64,000 nt of DNA, filler included, from Sanchytrium tribonematis (GCA_018985235.1; 11 parts of 11 records of this genome joined end to end with filler, not necessarily neighbours in it), one strand, 5' to 3'; counted from the whole stretch's first letter, positions 32,220 to 44,607 are shown. Translations and numbers: made by a program. Notes: generated from the letters alone by a model not told the origin.

Positions 32220-32531
32220 ATGAAATTGACTGTGAACATGGGCCAAGAAAAGGAGGAATATGAAATATCAAATTATTTGCCAACTGTGCTATATGGAGGT
32301 GTCAATGCCATTATTTTAGACAATGGCAATTTTCAATTGAGTTATAAAGATCAAAAAATTAAATTCAAGTTGGAATTTGTGGCCCAAAGGGGGTTATTTA
32401 AATATTACAAATTGATCGATTCTGTGCGACTAGATTTATATAAGAAATCTACTTCATTAGCGACATACATGATTAGCCATGCAACACATGACTCAAATAC
32501 TAAATTAAAAATAATAAATTTCATATATTGA
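32220..32531 (+). CDS. Hypothetical protein (possibly 5'-truncated)
   Basis: 103-aa ORF at the contig edge. Confidence 0.4.
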   Translation: MKLTVNMGQEKEEYEISNYLPTVLYGGVNAIILDNGNFQLSYKDQKIKFKLEFVAQRGLFKYYKLIDSVRLDLYKKSTSLATYMISHATHDSNTKLKIINFIY

Positions 32532-32618
32532 GTAAATTGATTTTGCAACGAGTTCATTTATTTTAACACGCTTGATTGGTGCAAATCAAATAAATATCCT
32601 TCGTCATCCCCAACATGA

Positions 32619-33086
32619 ATGACATCGTATTTAGAAGAAGGAATCAAATACTATGAGCAAGAGAACTATGAAATGTCAACCTATTATTTCAAATTAGCGA
32701 GTGATTTGCATGATCCATCGGGATTAGTGCTATATGGCGTTGCATTAATCCATGGACAGGGCTGTTTAAAGAAGCCAGCATTGGGGGTAGATTATTTAGA
32801 GCGCGGTATACACTATAGTTTATCACAGCTAAAAGGGAATCCGAAAATCAGTCAGGCAATTCGGGATGAAATTGCATTGAGTTGTTTTGAGTTGGGACAT
32901 TGCTACGAGAATGGCGTGGGATGTCGTAAAAGATCTGTACAAGCTGCTTTATACTATGAAGTGAGTGCCAAGTTGGGAGATTTGAATGCTGTTGAGAAAA
33001 TACAAAAAATGTATGAAAAAGGAATTGGAGTGAAAAAGAATAAGGAAAAGAGTTTATTTTATGAGCATTTATTAAAACAGCAATAG
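32619..33086 (+). CDS. Small Sel1-repeat protein
   Basis: LYGVAL.HG.GC, FELGHCYENGVGC, MYEKGIGVKKNK. Confidence 0.85.
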   Translation: MTSYLEEGIKYYEQENYEMSTYYFKLASDLHDPSGLVLYGVALIHGQGCLKKPALGVDYLERGIHYSLSQLKGNPKISQAIRDEIALSCFELGHCYENGVGCRKRSVQAALYYEVSAKLGDLNAVEKIQKMYEKGIGVKKNKEKSLFYEHLLKQQ

Positions 33087-33092
33087 TAAATA

Positions 33093-33746
33093 TCATATAT
33101 CCTGATTTACCTTTGGTTTCCTTCTATTTTTCTTTTTAATTTGTTTTGATTTGCAACTCAATGGATTTGCTCCTTTAATTTCTCGTCTTTTGGGCATTTT
33201 GCCTTTATATCCCAAATCATTAAATTGGGGATGCTGTACATCATCTATTTGATAATTATCTACCAGATTCTTTTCAAACTCAGTCAATTCTACTCGTTTT
33301 TGACTATCAATTTCAGTTGCATTCTTTTTTGCCAATTTACTAATTTGTTCAATCACTAATGTGCTCTGATTAAAATATAGGAATGGAACGCATTTAGTCT
33401 TACTTAATTCTTTCCTCTTGTCATAATCCTGAATACACAATATCCCATTCAAATTATCAAAACAATTCTCAGAATGTACTTCATTTTTACAATCATACGC
33501 TAAATATTGACGCATTTCTTTCTTAACAGTCTTATCTATATGTAAATGTTTACTACATTTCAATGTGGATATCTTAATAGGTTGCTGAATAGAAGTAGAA
33601 ATCAAATGTTGCAAATCCAATTGATGTTCTAAACAATAAGAAATCACAGAATGATGCAGAAAAACCCTTAATGGTAGTTCTAATTTGAATATAAAGGTGT
33701 AAAACGAGATGATTTTCTTCATTTGTTTTGTTCGAGTTACTTTCAT
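33093..33746 (-). CDS. UTP23: rRNA-processing protein Utp23 (PIN-like)
   Basis: MKVTRTKQMKK..SFY start, C..H..C Zn knuckle, C.QD...RK, VP.LY, KGANPLSCK.K. Confidence 0.85.
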   Translation of the reverse strand: MKVTRTKQMKKIISFYTFIFKLELPLRVFLHHSVISYCLEHQLDLQHLISTSIQQPIKISTLKCSKHLHIDKTVKKEMRQYLAYDCKNEVHSENCFDNLNGILCIQDYDKRKELSKTKCVPFLYFNQSTLVIEQISKLAKKNATEIDSQKRVELTEFEKNLVDNYQIDDVQHPQFNDLGYKGKMPKRREIKGANPLSCKSKQIKKKNRRKPKVNQDI

Positions 33747-33959
33747 TTTTAATGTTTTATCCTCAAAAGGAGTCATTTGGAAACTCGTTTTATTCACAAT
33801 TTAATTAGTCAGGCAATGTTCTACATGTAGATCAAATTTACTACAAAAGTTCAATTTGCCAAATTGATCCCATTGGTCTAATTTGTACTTTGTCGTAAAT
33901 TAGATTGATTCTGATTGGATTTCCAATCATTTTGAATCACTGATGCCCGTATCATTAAA

Positions 33960-35939
33960 ATGACTAAAGAACACTCTCCTCTGATTAAATCATTCCAATA
34001 TCTGACCATCATCAATTTAATAATCACAAAATTATTATTTTTATATCTACAGCCATTCAATTGGTTATCCCTCTTAGTATTCCCATCTATATTCATTTAT
34101 GACATTCCATATATGATTATTTTGTATTTATTACTACAGAAAAGTGCATGGTATGCCATTTTAGTGATTTGGCAAATTGTCATTTATTCTATTTCCACAT
34201 TATTCATGCTTGAAAGTGGTCAATTCTTCTCATGGAATCTAATAGATGATATTTTACACCATTTCACATCCATGATGATGATTTCCATTGATAAATGGCC
34301 CATATTTGTGATGATTTTGATGTCAAATCTCATTATTTTCACATTAATCTATTTATATGTCTCTAAATATAGTCAATATACCAAATTACATGATGGATAT
34401 AATGATATGGATACTAAATCAAATCCAATCCTCAATTTAAAGGTATTTGCACTCGCATATGTCTTTTTATGTGTTTTGCCATTTATTTGGCATTCCAAGT
34501 CTCATTCTGACATTATTTATAGAAATGAAGTCATGACAGCTGATTATTATTTCATCAAGACACTATTTGCATCCCATTATGGCCATGCTCACAATTTACC
34601 CAATTTTACACTCAAAAATGCAACACATTCAAATCCAATGAATATGACCAGATCTGATAAATCCATCTTTAAAAATGTATTATTTTTATACATGGAATCT
34701 GCTAGATCTGATATGATCCCATTTAATCCCAATAGTGAATTTGCTAAAAAATACATCCCAAACACCCATTTAACCCCGTTTTTATCCAATTTATTCAATT
34801 CTGACTCATCTGTTCGTGTAGACCATATGAAATCTGTCTCTAGTTACACCATTAAATCATTAATGAGTACCCAATGTGGCATCTTTCCATTACCAGTGGA
34901 TATGAATGTAGAATTCAAAAATACACCTTATTCCAAATGTTTCCCACAAATCTTGACAGAATCCAATTTTACAACCACCCATATACAAGCTAGTGATGAT
35001 CACTTTGATTCACAATATCTGACTATCCCACAACAAGGTTATTCTGATAAAATAGGATTAATTGACATGTATGATTATTTCGTAGATAATGGGTTGAAAG
35101 TACCCCTAAAAGTAGGTTATTTTGGATATGATGACCATTATAATCTACAATTCTTCAACCAGACCATTCAAAATAGCATGAAATCAGGTAAACCATGGAT
35201 GATTTCAAGTATTACGAATATCATGCACAATCCATTTAAAACACCAAACAATTTCAAAGATAAGCACTATGACAATGATCCATTGAATAATGCAGAATTA
35301 AATGCCATTCGATTCACTGATGAATATATCCAGCAAGTTTTTAAATTAATTGAAAATGATGAAAATACATTAGTGGTTTTATTAGGGGATCATGGGATAG
35401 CGATGGGTGAACATGGCAAGTATGGAATGGGTGAAATTGAATATAAAGAAGTATTTGATGTACCCTGTTTATTTTATAGCGCGCATCCCATTTGGAAATC
35501 ACAAATTGCCCCTCGTTTGAGAACCAAATTAAAATTCAATTCAAATCCAGTCATGGCTATTGATGTCATTCCCACCTTGTTGGATTTACTACATTTGACA
35601 AGTGATAATATAGATGATAATTTACAAGAGAATGGACCAGATTTATCAATATTTGATGGATTGAGTTTAATGCGAGATTGTAGAGATTGTAGAGATATGA
35701 GTGCTAGTTTCTGTAGTCCTGGGAGATATTGTGTGATTATCAGGTATTTAGAGTATAAATTGATCACCATGCGGGATGGGGATGATTATTTTGTGGATTT
35801 GAATGTAGATCCATCAGAAGACCAATTGATACCGATAGAGCAATTAAATGGACATGAATTGGATGTAGCACATCGAATGAAAGCATATTCAAATGAATTA
35901 CAAGATAATATTAAACAGAAATGGGGATATTCCGAATAA
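33960..35939 (+). CDS. Membrane-anchored alkaline-phosphatase-superfamily protein (LtaS/sulfatase-like)
   Basis: About 5 N-terminal TM helices; NVLFLYMES, TP.L, YTIKSL (Thr nucleophile position), H.PF, GDHG, IDVIPTLLDLL, DL..DP.E. Confidence 0.85.
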   Translation: MTKEHSPLIKSFQYLTIINLIITKLLFLYLQPFNWLSLLVFPSIFIYDIPYMIILYLLLQKSAWYAILVIWQIVIYSISTLFMLESGQFFSWNLIDDILHHFTSMMMISIDKWPIFVMILMSNLIIFTLIYLYVSKYSQYTKLHDGYNDMDTKSNPILNLKVFALAYVFLCVLPFIWHSKSHSDIIYRNEVMTADYYFIKTLFASHYGHAHNLPNFTLKNATHSNPMNMTRSDKSIFKNVLFLYMESARSDMIPFNPNSEFAKKYIPNTHLTPFLSNLFNSDSSVRVDHMKSVSSYTIKSLMSTQCGIFPLPVDMNVEFKNTPYSKCFPQILTESNFTTTHIQASDDHFDSQYLTIPQQGYSDKIGLIDMYDYFVDNGLKVPLKVGYFGYDDHYNLQFFNQTIQNSMKSGKPWMISSITNIMHNPFKTPNNFKDKHYDNDPLNNAELNAIRFTDEYIQQVFKLIENDENTLVVLLGDHGIAMGEHGKYGMGEIEYKEVFDVPCLFYSAHPIWKSQIAPRLRTKLKFNSNPVMAIDVIPTLLDLLHLTSDNIDDNLQENGPDLSIFDGLSLMRDCRDCRDMSASFCSPGRYCVIIRYLEYKLITMRDGDDYFVDLNVDPSEDQLIPIEQLNGHELDVAHRMKAYSNELQDNIKQKWGYSE

Positions 35940-36334
35940 ATTCAATTGATAATCAAAATCAACGACACAAACATCTGATTGTCAAGAAAGTTTGAATTTT
36001 GAATTAATATCAGACACTGTGACTTGGTAAATATAAATTCTCAGTCCATCTGATTGGCCTGATGAGCTTACAATAGACATAATAGAAATTGCCTCTTTCT
36101 TTTCAAATGATCTTCATTTTTTCCATTTCAGCTGCAACTCAACCCAATCAATCTAATGGTCTATCTATGATTGCCACTTGCATGGTAAGACATGCATCCA
36201 AATGTCATAGTGATAAAGATATGAAACCCGGAGTNNNNNNNNNNNNNNNNNNNNNNNNNNNNNNNNNNNNNNNNNNNNTTAATTAATTAANNNNNNNNNN
36301 NNNNNNNNNNNNNNNNNNNNNNNNNNNNNNNNNN

Positions 36335-38088
36335 GATGATTTAGTGGCAATTGATGTTAACTTGGTAGCTGTTAATCTGGTGAAAATTGCTCTAGTTGGC
36401 ACTACTGGATTATATTCTGTCAAATTGTCATGTTTACAAATTGGCAATAAATTGTCTAAATTGTTACTTTGTGCTAACATATTGAAACTAATGTCACAAC
36501 TAGTTAATGAACTGGTATCTTGGACTATAACATCATGAAATTGATTGTTGGAAATAAGCAGCGTATTTGGATCATTCAACTTTAAAACACCTGAAAATGA
36601 ATTTCGTGAAATTTCAACTCTTTTCAAATTGATTGTTGCAGAAGCATCAATATTTCCAGAAAAATTGTTATCTGTTATAGTCAATTCTTCAAGTGATGCA
36701 GGAAGTTTTGGAATATTCCCACTTAAATGGTTATTATTCAGATACAAAACTTGAATATTTGGAGGGAAAACAATTTGTGATGCATTTCCAAATCGATTGC
36801 TTACAATCGCAACATAAGAAAGCTGAGTACTGCTAAGATCTGGTAAATTATTAAAATTGCCACCACCCATGAAAACAGCTTTCAATGATTTAGGAAATGG
36901 TGGAAAATCACCTGTAAAATAGTTATTGGCATATCTGGCTTCTTCCATATTTTTAGAGAATTTAATTGGCCCCGTTAAATATAAACTCTCTATAGACAAA
37001 TATTTTAGATTGTCAGGTAGATCTGGAAGCTGTCCAGAACATTTTGTATTTATAAGCTCCAGCCATTGCAAATTTAGTGGCAATGTCACATTTTTTAAAT
37101 TTCCAAAGATATTAGTAGTATGGAAATTCGCCTGTATCAACTGAGATGGCCATACAATATCTTCGATATTGCTGTTAATTTGAGTCACATCCACGCCGAA
37201 ATATTGCAATGAATCTGGCATATTTTTAATTTGGCCTTTAATTTGATTGAAGCCCATGTAAAACTCTTTAATACCATTTGGAAGTTGAGGAAGACCATCA
37301 GTAAATCTGTTAAATGAAAAGTCTATAAATTCAATTGCATTGGGAAATGGTAAAGTCAAATTTGTGAATTGGTTCACAGTGACACTGAAAATTTTCATTT
37401 GAGGTGGCAGCAGAGGAATTGTACCTGACAATCGATTATTGCCTAATTGCAATGTTTGCAACGTATTTGGCAATTTACTCAATGTTCCAGAAAGACCAGA
37501 ACCAATGGCAGAAAATGTAACCAAATTATTTGGCAAATTTGTTGGAAATGGCTGAGTAAATGTGTTTCTATCCGCATTGAAATCAGTCAATGCACTAGCT
37601 GAGCTAAAGTCACTAGGAAAACCTGTAAATCTATTGTCAGAAACATCCAAATTTAAAAGATTTGAACCCAACGAGGGAATATTTCCAACAAATTGATTTG
37701 ATCGGAGAAAGCATTCTTGAATTGATTGCGGTAGTTTCTGAATGGTCCCACTAAATTGATTGTTGTTCAAATACATAAATTGGATTGAATCTGGTAAATT
37801 TGTGACATTTCCCGTTAATTTGTTGAAACTTAGATCCAGATTCATTAAACCATTTGGAATATATTCACCCTTGAGAGTGCCATCTAGTCCCAAAGCACTC
37901 CAGTAAATATTTGTCACTGTGTTTGCGAATTGACAAGAAATTCCTGTTAATGAGCTTCCCGCGCAACAATTTGCTTGAATATTTGAAAATTTTGTTGGTT
38001 GTACTTTATCCATGTTCAAACCCAGTGCTAATTGAATAATGTTTTCACAATCTGTTAGTGCGTGTCGCAGACCCATTAAGAGCATCAT
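36335..38088 (-). CDS. LRR receptor-like protein, 3'-truncated
   Basis: Short signal peptide, DC...CC...C N-cap, about 20 LP..L..L.L..N.F.G.IP repeats, C-cap LTSCDISFN...ICKHDNL, T-rich stalk. Confidence 0.9.
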
Positions 38089-38207
38089 TTCATAAAATGG
38101 GACACGTCAAATTTTAAACAAATTTTAGCAAATGTGATTCGCTTCAAAATTAGAAAATTCTAAAATGGCTACAAATTGGCACAACGCGAAAAATGTGATT
38201 TTATTTT

Positions 38208-40226
38208 TTATACAGAGTGCTCGATTCTTTGTTTGACTTTGCGCACAAATGGTGTTTTAACGACCACCATCCCTACTATAAATGCATTGATTGTAAAATG
38301 AAGGGCATAAATCAAAAATGCATCCAATGTGCTTCTGATTAAAATGGATTTTGGAGTGAATTTGTGTTCAAATAGTGTTTCTGTTGACGAATATTCAATC
38401 CTTGAAATAATTTCTTCATAATTCATGCTGTAGCTTGTAATATAAGCCATTTTTGTGTTCATATTGACTATATTTCTAGTTCTTATAACAGGTTTTGTGA
38501 TATTTGGAGCAATTGTACTAATTATCTGTGTATATTCCATTGAAGTGACTGGATAATAAGTTGCCAAATTATCGTGTTTACAGATTGGCAATAAATTGGA
38601 CAAATGAGGTGAATTGGCAAGTAAATTACCACTCAAATCACAGCTGGATAATTTAACAATATCTTGCACCAAAATATCGTTAATTTGATTATTAGAAATA
38701 TCAAGAATCATAGGTTGTTTCAAAAGAATGGTTCCTGAAAATAAATTGCCTCCTGTTTCTAAATCGACTAGAGCATCAGGAAGAGTCAGTGAACCACTAA
38801 ATTGATTGCCAGTCACAATTAGTTTCTGTAATTGAGATGGTATTGAAATAGTGCCATTGAAATGATTATCCAATAAATGAATTTCAATTAATGTGCTTGG
38901 AAGTGCAAGTATTCGACCAAATAATCGACAATGGTCTAAATTAAGCATTGTCAAACTACTTGAAAAGTTGAATAGTTGATATTTACCATAAGAATACCCT
39001 GTATTTAGACTCAGAAAAGCCAATGAATTTGGCAAATTTGGAAATGGACCTGTGAATGCATTGTAGTCATATACAGCACTTTTTTGAGCTGGAGAGAATT
39101 GAATGGGTCCAATTAATCCGAGTGATTGTACATCCAGAACTTGAATCCTTCCCATTGAGCGGGGAAGAGTTCCAAAACAATTTGAATTTGCCAAATATAA
39201 TTCAGTCACAATTAATGGGATATCCCAAGTAGACAAATTCCCACCAATTTGAGTCTTTTGAATACTTACTCTTGCTAAATTTGGTGGCCAATTAATAGCA
39301 GTGATATCTCCCAGAAGTGGATTAAATTCCAAATTTGCAAATACAATTGGATTTGGCCAATTGATGGGGATTTGACCATGAATATTGTTGTTATTTATTG
39401 AAATGGCTGTTACGGTGCTTGGGAGAGGTGGAAATGGGACATTTAATAAGTTATTGTTGCAATCTATTGTCTGAATGCTATTTGGAAATGGGAGTGTCCA
39501 ATTGGTTAGTTTGTTGTAATTTAGGGATAAATAAGTCAGTAGGGGAGGGAGTAATGGTATAGTTCCATTTAATTTGTTAAAACTAATTTCTAAATTGGCT
39601 AATACACCTGTAAAAGTTGGTACATTTCCAGTAATTTGGTTATCTGTCATTTTTAAATGTTGAAGTGAAGTTGGCCAATTTTGGGGCATTGACATTGCAA
39701 TTTGGTTGTTATTCAAAATGAATTCAACTAATTGAGTGCATGATGTGAAATCAATTTGAATTGTGGCTAATTGGTTGTAAGACATTGAAAATCTAATGAT
39801 TTGAGAATTTAAATTTGGTAAAGTGCCTGAAATTTGATTGTGGTCTGCATAAAAGAGTGACAATGAGTTGGGGAATCTATCTATTGTTTCACTGAGTAGA
39901 TTGTTGGATAAATAGATATTCTGTAGGGTATTTGGAAGTCCGGAAATGGAGCCAGTAATTTGGTTGTTTGAAATGTCCAAAGTGACCAGATTGGGTGGCA
40001 ATTTAGACCCGTCAAATACACCAGTGAGTCCCAAACCACCCCATTGGATAGATGTAATGGTATTGGATGAGCAAACAACACCAGAAACAGTACCAGTGCA
40101 GCAATTTGATTGGATTTGATTGTAAATGGCAGATTGAGCTTGCTGTAATCCGATAGATGTAGCAAAATCAAGTAGTTTAGTACAATCTTGTATTACTGCA
40201 AATGACTGAATCGCAACAACAAACAT
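38208..40226 (-). CDS. LRR receptor-like protein with in-frame C-terminal TM (no stalk intron seen)
   Basis: Same architecture as its tandem neighbour; ends ...FTINAFIVGMVVVKTPFVRKVKQR. Confidence 0.9.
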   Translation of the reverse strand: MFVVAIQSFAVIQDCTKLLDFATSIGLQQAQSAIYNQIQSNCCTGTVSGVVCSSNTITSIQWGGLGLTGVFDGSKLPPNLVTLDISNNQITGSISGLPNTLQNIYLSNNLLSETIDRFPNSLSLFYADHNQISGTLPNLNSQIIRFSMSYNQLATIQIDFTSCTQLVEFILNNNQIAMSMPQNWPTSLQHLKMTDNQITGNVPTFTGVLANLEISFNKLNGTIPLLPPLLTYLSLNYNKLTNWTLPFPNSIQTIDCNNNLLNVPFPPLPSTVTAISINNNNIHGQIPINWPNPIVFANLEFNPLLGDITAINWPPNLARVSIQKTQIGGNLSTWDIPLIVTELYLANSNCFGTLPRSMGRIQVLDVQSLGLIGPIQFSPAQKSAVYDYNAFTGPFPNLPNSLAFLSLNTGYSYGKYQLFNFSSSLTMLNLDHCRLFGRILALPSTLIEIHLLDNHFNGTISIPSQLQKLIVTGNQFSGSLTLPDALVDLETGGNLFSGTILLKQPMILDISNNQINDILVQDIVKLSSCDLSGNLLANSPHLSNLLPICKHDNLATYYPVTSMEYTQIISTIAPNITKPVIRTRNIVNMNTKMAYITSYSMNYEEIISRIEYSSTETLFEHKFTPKSILIRSTLDAFLIYALHFTINAFIVGMVVVKTPFVRKVKQRIEHSV

Positions 40227-40433
40227 GAAATTGGTTACAAAATGACATGAGCACGTTTTGAATTGTAAACGAAGAATATGATTTGTCAATTAATTAGAAC
40301 ATTCTACAATGGCTAAAAGATGCAATTCGCGATNNNNNNNNNNNNNNNNNNNNNNNNNNNNNNNNNNNNNNNNNNNNTTAATTAATTAANNNNNNNNNNN
40401 NNNNNNNNNNNNNNNNNNNNNNNNNNNNNNNNN

Positions 40434-41654
40434 ACCAAATACTTGTGATGTAGAAATGGCTGTATTGCTACTTAAATTGGTGATAGATTTGTTATTTAAA
40501 TCTGTTTCAAATGTAATTTGATTTGGACCATCAAATCCCAAATAATTGAGATATTCCAGTAATTTTGATGGATTTAAACTGGCTAATTTGTGGAATTCGG
40601 CAAGGAATTGTTGTAAAGTGCAATTATCTGTAATTAATGGATTTGGACACACTTGAAATAAATCTTGTAAATCAGCCAATTCTAACATGCCATCTCTATC
40701 TAGATCATATTTAAGGAATAAATCAGTTAGAAATGAAATGCCTTTGGGTGATAATTCCGTATAATCACAATTAGGGATGGGAGGATGTAAATATTCATCC
40801 CTGAGAAATAATTCATTGGAATATCCGAATTTCCTGAGTATAATCCATGTCGTTTCAACTCTACCACGCTGTATAAATAGCTTATTTAAATATAAGAATC
40901 CATCTAATGTCACTGTTTCATTTTGCAAATATTTTGAATTATATTCAGAAATGGCATCTTTAATGCCCTGTAATTCTAATTTCTGTAGTGGATTACCAAA
41001 CACCTTTTCTTGAAAGTAGTTCAGATCCTCATCTGATAGAAATCCGTCTTTATTTGAGTTCACTAGAGTGAAAATGCGAATTAAAGCATCTCTACAATCT
41101 GGCTTTAATTGATGAGATTTATGGTCATATAAGACTTGTGTGGGATATAATACTGCTTTTTGTGCAAAATAGAAGCATTCTGATATATTTAAACTCATTT
41201 TTGAAGACGTGTCAATACCAACTTCAATTTCTTTAAATTCATTCATTAATGGGCTTAATAAATCTTCTAAATTATCATTACTGAGTTCCTGATCTCTTAA
41301 ATCTGATTTAGTACCACACAATATAATTGGGACATTAATGCCTAACCGTCTAAAAAGTGGTAACCAAAATGAAGAAATGCGATCAAATGTTTCTGGATCT
41401 ACGACAGAATAACAGAGTATAATGGCATTTGCTTTCTTGATTTCTAATTCTAGTTGTGCTCTATTTTCCATTTTTGAGCTAGAATCAATGATATCTGTTC
41501 TGCATTGCTCAATGGAATGTTCACTGGGAATTTGTACTTTTGGGATTAAATGAGGCAAATCTTCTATAAATGTGCTATGAATAAATGAAGAGATGAGAGA
41601 TGATTTACCTACAGATTGGTCTCCAACGAGAATAATTCGCAGAGATTTCAACAT
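40434..41654 (-). CDS. GEM1: Mitochondrial Rho GTPase Miro, 3'-truncated
   Basis: GDQSVGKSSL, FWLP, CFYFAQKAVLYPT, EF hands, FIQRGR.ETTW..LRKFGY, ELSP.G..FL..LF. Confidence 0.95.
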
Positions 41655-41907
41655 CAGATCCGTGTTTGAAGTCAAGTCGGCAAAAATCACAGATTTATGA
41701 CATCTGTTTTTATGGCACTCAATTAATTAGGTCATAAGACAGGTATCTCACAAATGAAAAGTCTGTCGAATATTCATTTTTCCTTGGCCGTGTTTGGCTT
41801 TGTTTGCAAAGTGCTTGTGAATTCACTGTGATTGGAAGGCAAACCTTGCAATTCAATCACGCGACTTGTACCGCCATTAAAACGTGAGTCATCCCTTTTT
41901 ATTAGAA

Positions 41908-42105
41908 ATGGATATTAATTATGAAGCATTAAAATTGTTTATGGGCATTGTCATATTTATATCACTAGCCATCCTTGTTATTACTGTTTATATGCGTCAC
42001 TACTTTGTTAAAAACAAGAAAATGCCATTCAATAGATACACGGATGACTCGTATGTAGATCAAGAAAAAGCAAAATCAACCCCAAGCAATTTTTGGGTGT
42101 CCTAG
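41908..42105 (+). CDS. Small single-TM hypothetical protein
   Basis: ATG 41908; hydrophobic LFMGIVIFISLAILVITVYM followed by basic residues. Confidence 0.5.
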   Translation: MDINYEALKLFMGIVIFISLAILVITVYMRHYFVKNKKMPFNRYTDDSYVDQEKAKSTPSNFWVS

Positions 42106-42114
42106 TCGTATTTA

Positions 42115-43248
42115 TTAATAAAGTGGAATTCCAGCACGCATACAAATACTTTTAGGATCTTCTACTTTTAAGTCTTGCCCTAGAACAACGCATGTAGGGG
42201 GACAATTCAACATTTGTGAAATAGCATCTTTGACGTCTTTTTTGGATACTTGTCGAATATACGCTTCAATTTCTTGATTAGAATATATTTTATCAGAATA
42301 CTTTAAGGATTTCCCCATAAATTCACACAATTTATCAGATTGTTCTAAAAATGTAAATTGTTTGGAAAGTGTTTGATTTTTAGCCCTTTCTAATTCATCA
42401 TTTTCAATATCGTATAATCTCATTAATTGACTGAATAGAAGTGTAAATGCTTGTTGCTTTAAATTAGATTCTACAGCCATTGTAATTCCAAATAAACTCA
42501 GTTTTTCATATTGGATTAATTCACAATCGACGTGTTCTATACCTGGTACATGGCATAATAATTGATATAATCTGGAATAAATACCTTTTCCTGGTCCGCC
42601 TGCTGAAAATGAACTACCTCCACCCAAAATGGAACTTAATACGGAGAATACAAACATTTGTTTGCTATTTATTCCACAAATTGGGAAAACAACAGAGAAA
42701 TGAGTCAATTCTAATTCATCTAATGGGGATAATATAGGTGGCTGATCCATTTTTATTTTATTGCTACCACCGTAATATCCTAATTGATTGTCAATTTGAA
42801 TCTTCTTATTTCCAAAATGTGATACATCTGGCAAATCATGTCCTACAGCACTTATGACCCCATTTCTCGGAAATAGATACTTCGTGGCATATTCTTGAAC
42901 GTTGTCTAAAGTGATATCTTGAGTAGAATGTAGTAACCTTTGTTGAAATGCCAAATTATGAATTTCTTCTTTCATTCTCTTTTTTGCATTCCATTTCAAT
43001 TCTTTTAATTCATAGTTGATAGCATCTATAGATTGCTTGAATTCGGATGCATTAAATCCTCTTAATACGGCATTTAATGCTGTTTGAGTGTCTTTTAATG
43101 ATGTTGCAAATGAAATACTGTCATAATATAGTTGGGATTGAATGTCATTGTAAATACATAATTGTAGTATTTTATTATACTTGGAATTGGGTAACTTTTG
43201 AAGATATAATAATTTTGGAAAGATGCCAAATTGTGCAATTTGTTTCAT
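42115..43248 (-). CDS. MAS2: Mitochondrial processing peptidase alpha subunit (divergent, short N-terminus; start uncertain)
   Basis: Glycine-rich loop LGGGSSFSAGGPGKGIYSRLY; ELERAKNQ. Confidence 0.88.
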   Translation of the reverse strand: MKQIAQFGIFPKLLYLQKLPNSKYNKILQLCIYNDIQSQLYYDSISFATSLKDTQTALNAVLRGFNASEFKQSIDAINYELKELKWNAKKRMKEEIHNLAFQQRLLHSTQDITLDNVQEYATKYLFPRNGVISAVGHDLPDVSHFGNKKIQIDNQLGYYGGSNKIKMDQPPILSPLDELELTHFSVVFPICGINSKQMFVFSVLSSILGGGSSFSAGGPGKGIYSRLYQLLCHVPGIEHVDCELIQYEKLSLFGITMAVESNLKQQAFTLLFSQLMRLYDIENDELERAKNQTLSKQFTFLEQSDKLCEFMGKSLKYSDKIYSNQEIEAYIRQVSKKDVKDAISQMLNCPPTCVVLGQDLKVEDPKSICMRAGIPLY

Positions 43249-44607
43249 CCGTGTCAAATGAAAAGATTTTGAGAAACGGCGATGGAGGAGAACATAGTGC
43301 AATTACTTACGCTAATACTTGCATTATGAGCATAATAATCTTATACTGGGGATCTTATACAGTAAACTAATTTATAAAGTTTCATCCAATTTTTTCAAAC
43401 AAAATCTGAATCAAGAGTCTTATTTCTATTTAAATCAAGCGTGTAAATGGTCGAACATAGTGTAAGGAATACAAATTATGCATTTATTAATTATCTAATT
43501 ATCTTTCAAGGGATCATAATGAGTATTTTCTTCAGTTTCTTCTATATTCGGTTGCTGGTTCATCATTTCGTGGATCTTTTGAACAATGGGATGCCGTATA
43601 GACTGACCATTTGGATATTGAACAAATGTGGGCTTATGAGGCAGTTCATCCATTGATCTTTGACTTAATGCGCCGTATCCTGCTTTATTTGGATTAGGTT
43701 TCTTTGGTTTTAATTCATCCTTTCTTTCTACCATGAGCATAGAACGATTGAATGGAATGAAATAGTATGGGACGACTCGAAGGAGTATTAATACGCTCCT
43801 TTCCCGAATACGACCCGAAATGACTGATGGCAGAAAATGTTGGATCGCGCTTAAAACAGTCAACTTTGAGCCAAATTAGAATTGTCAAGTTTAAAGTGTA
43901 TTCAGATGGTAAAACGCAGTTGTTAATAAAGTGTAATAGACTATCGAAGCTCTGCATTTCCCAGTAATAGATTTTTTTAGTGAAAATTTGACCCGATCCC
44001 GAATTCGATTTCAGACGCAGGAGATCGTCGATAGATGTTTTACGTCGCCATATTGACTTGAAATGGAACCATTTTAAGATTGATTTATCACTAAAATAGT
44101 TATTCCACTGCGTTGGCGGTCTATCCTTAAGTCAGACGAGCATATTTAAGACTCTGTCCTTTAGCAAAAGATTTTTGTTTTGGAATTTATAAAGTAAATT
44201 AAAGTGGAATCGCTTAAAAGAGCTCAAATTAGCAAAGATTTAAGTATTAGGCGTCTTATTTTCATAAAAGCGAGTAAATTTATTAAGTATTTGAGTGACT
44301 TTTCCATATCTTACTTATTTCTTCATCTTTTATTGGGCTATACGACCGTGGATCATTCCTGTTGCTCATCATGACTTGTATGTCATGAATAATTGGATGT
44401 CTAATTGACTTTAAATCTACANNNNNNNNNNNNNNNNNNNNNNNNNNNNNNNNNNNNNNNNNNNNTTAATTAATTAANNNNNNNNNNNNNNNNNNNNNNN
44501 NNNNNNNNNNNNNNNNNNNNNAATGTCCCCTCACAGAATGTTCCACTTCCTGTTTATCCACCATTACCCGTCAAGAACAACAATTAAAATCAGCCACCAT
44601 TTGCGAC

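Noticed and set aside
43380..44421. ORFs 43447..43656, 43495..43863 and 43715..43957
   Set aside because: Mutually overlapping, mostly non-ATG starts, no family recognised; the region is left unexplained.
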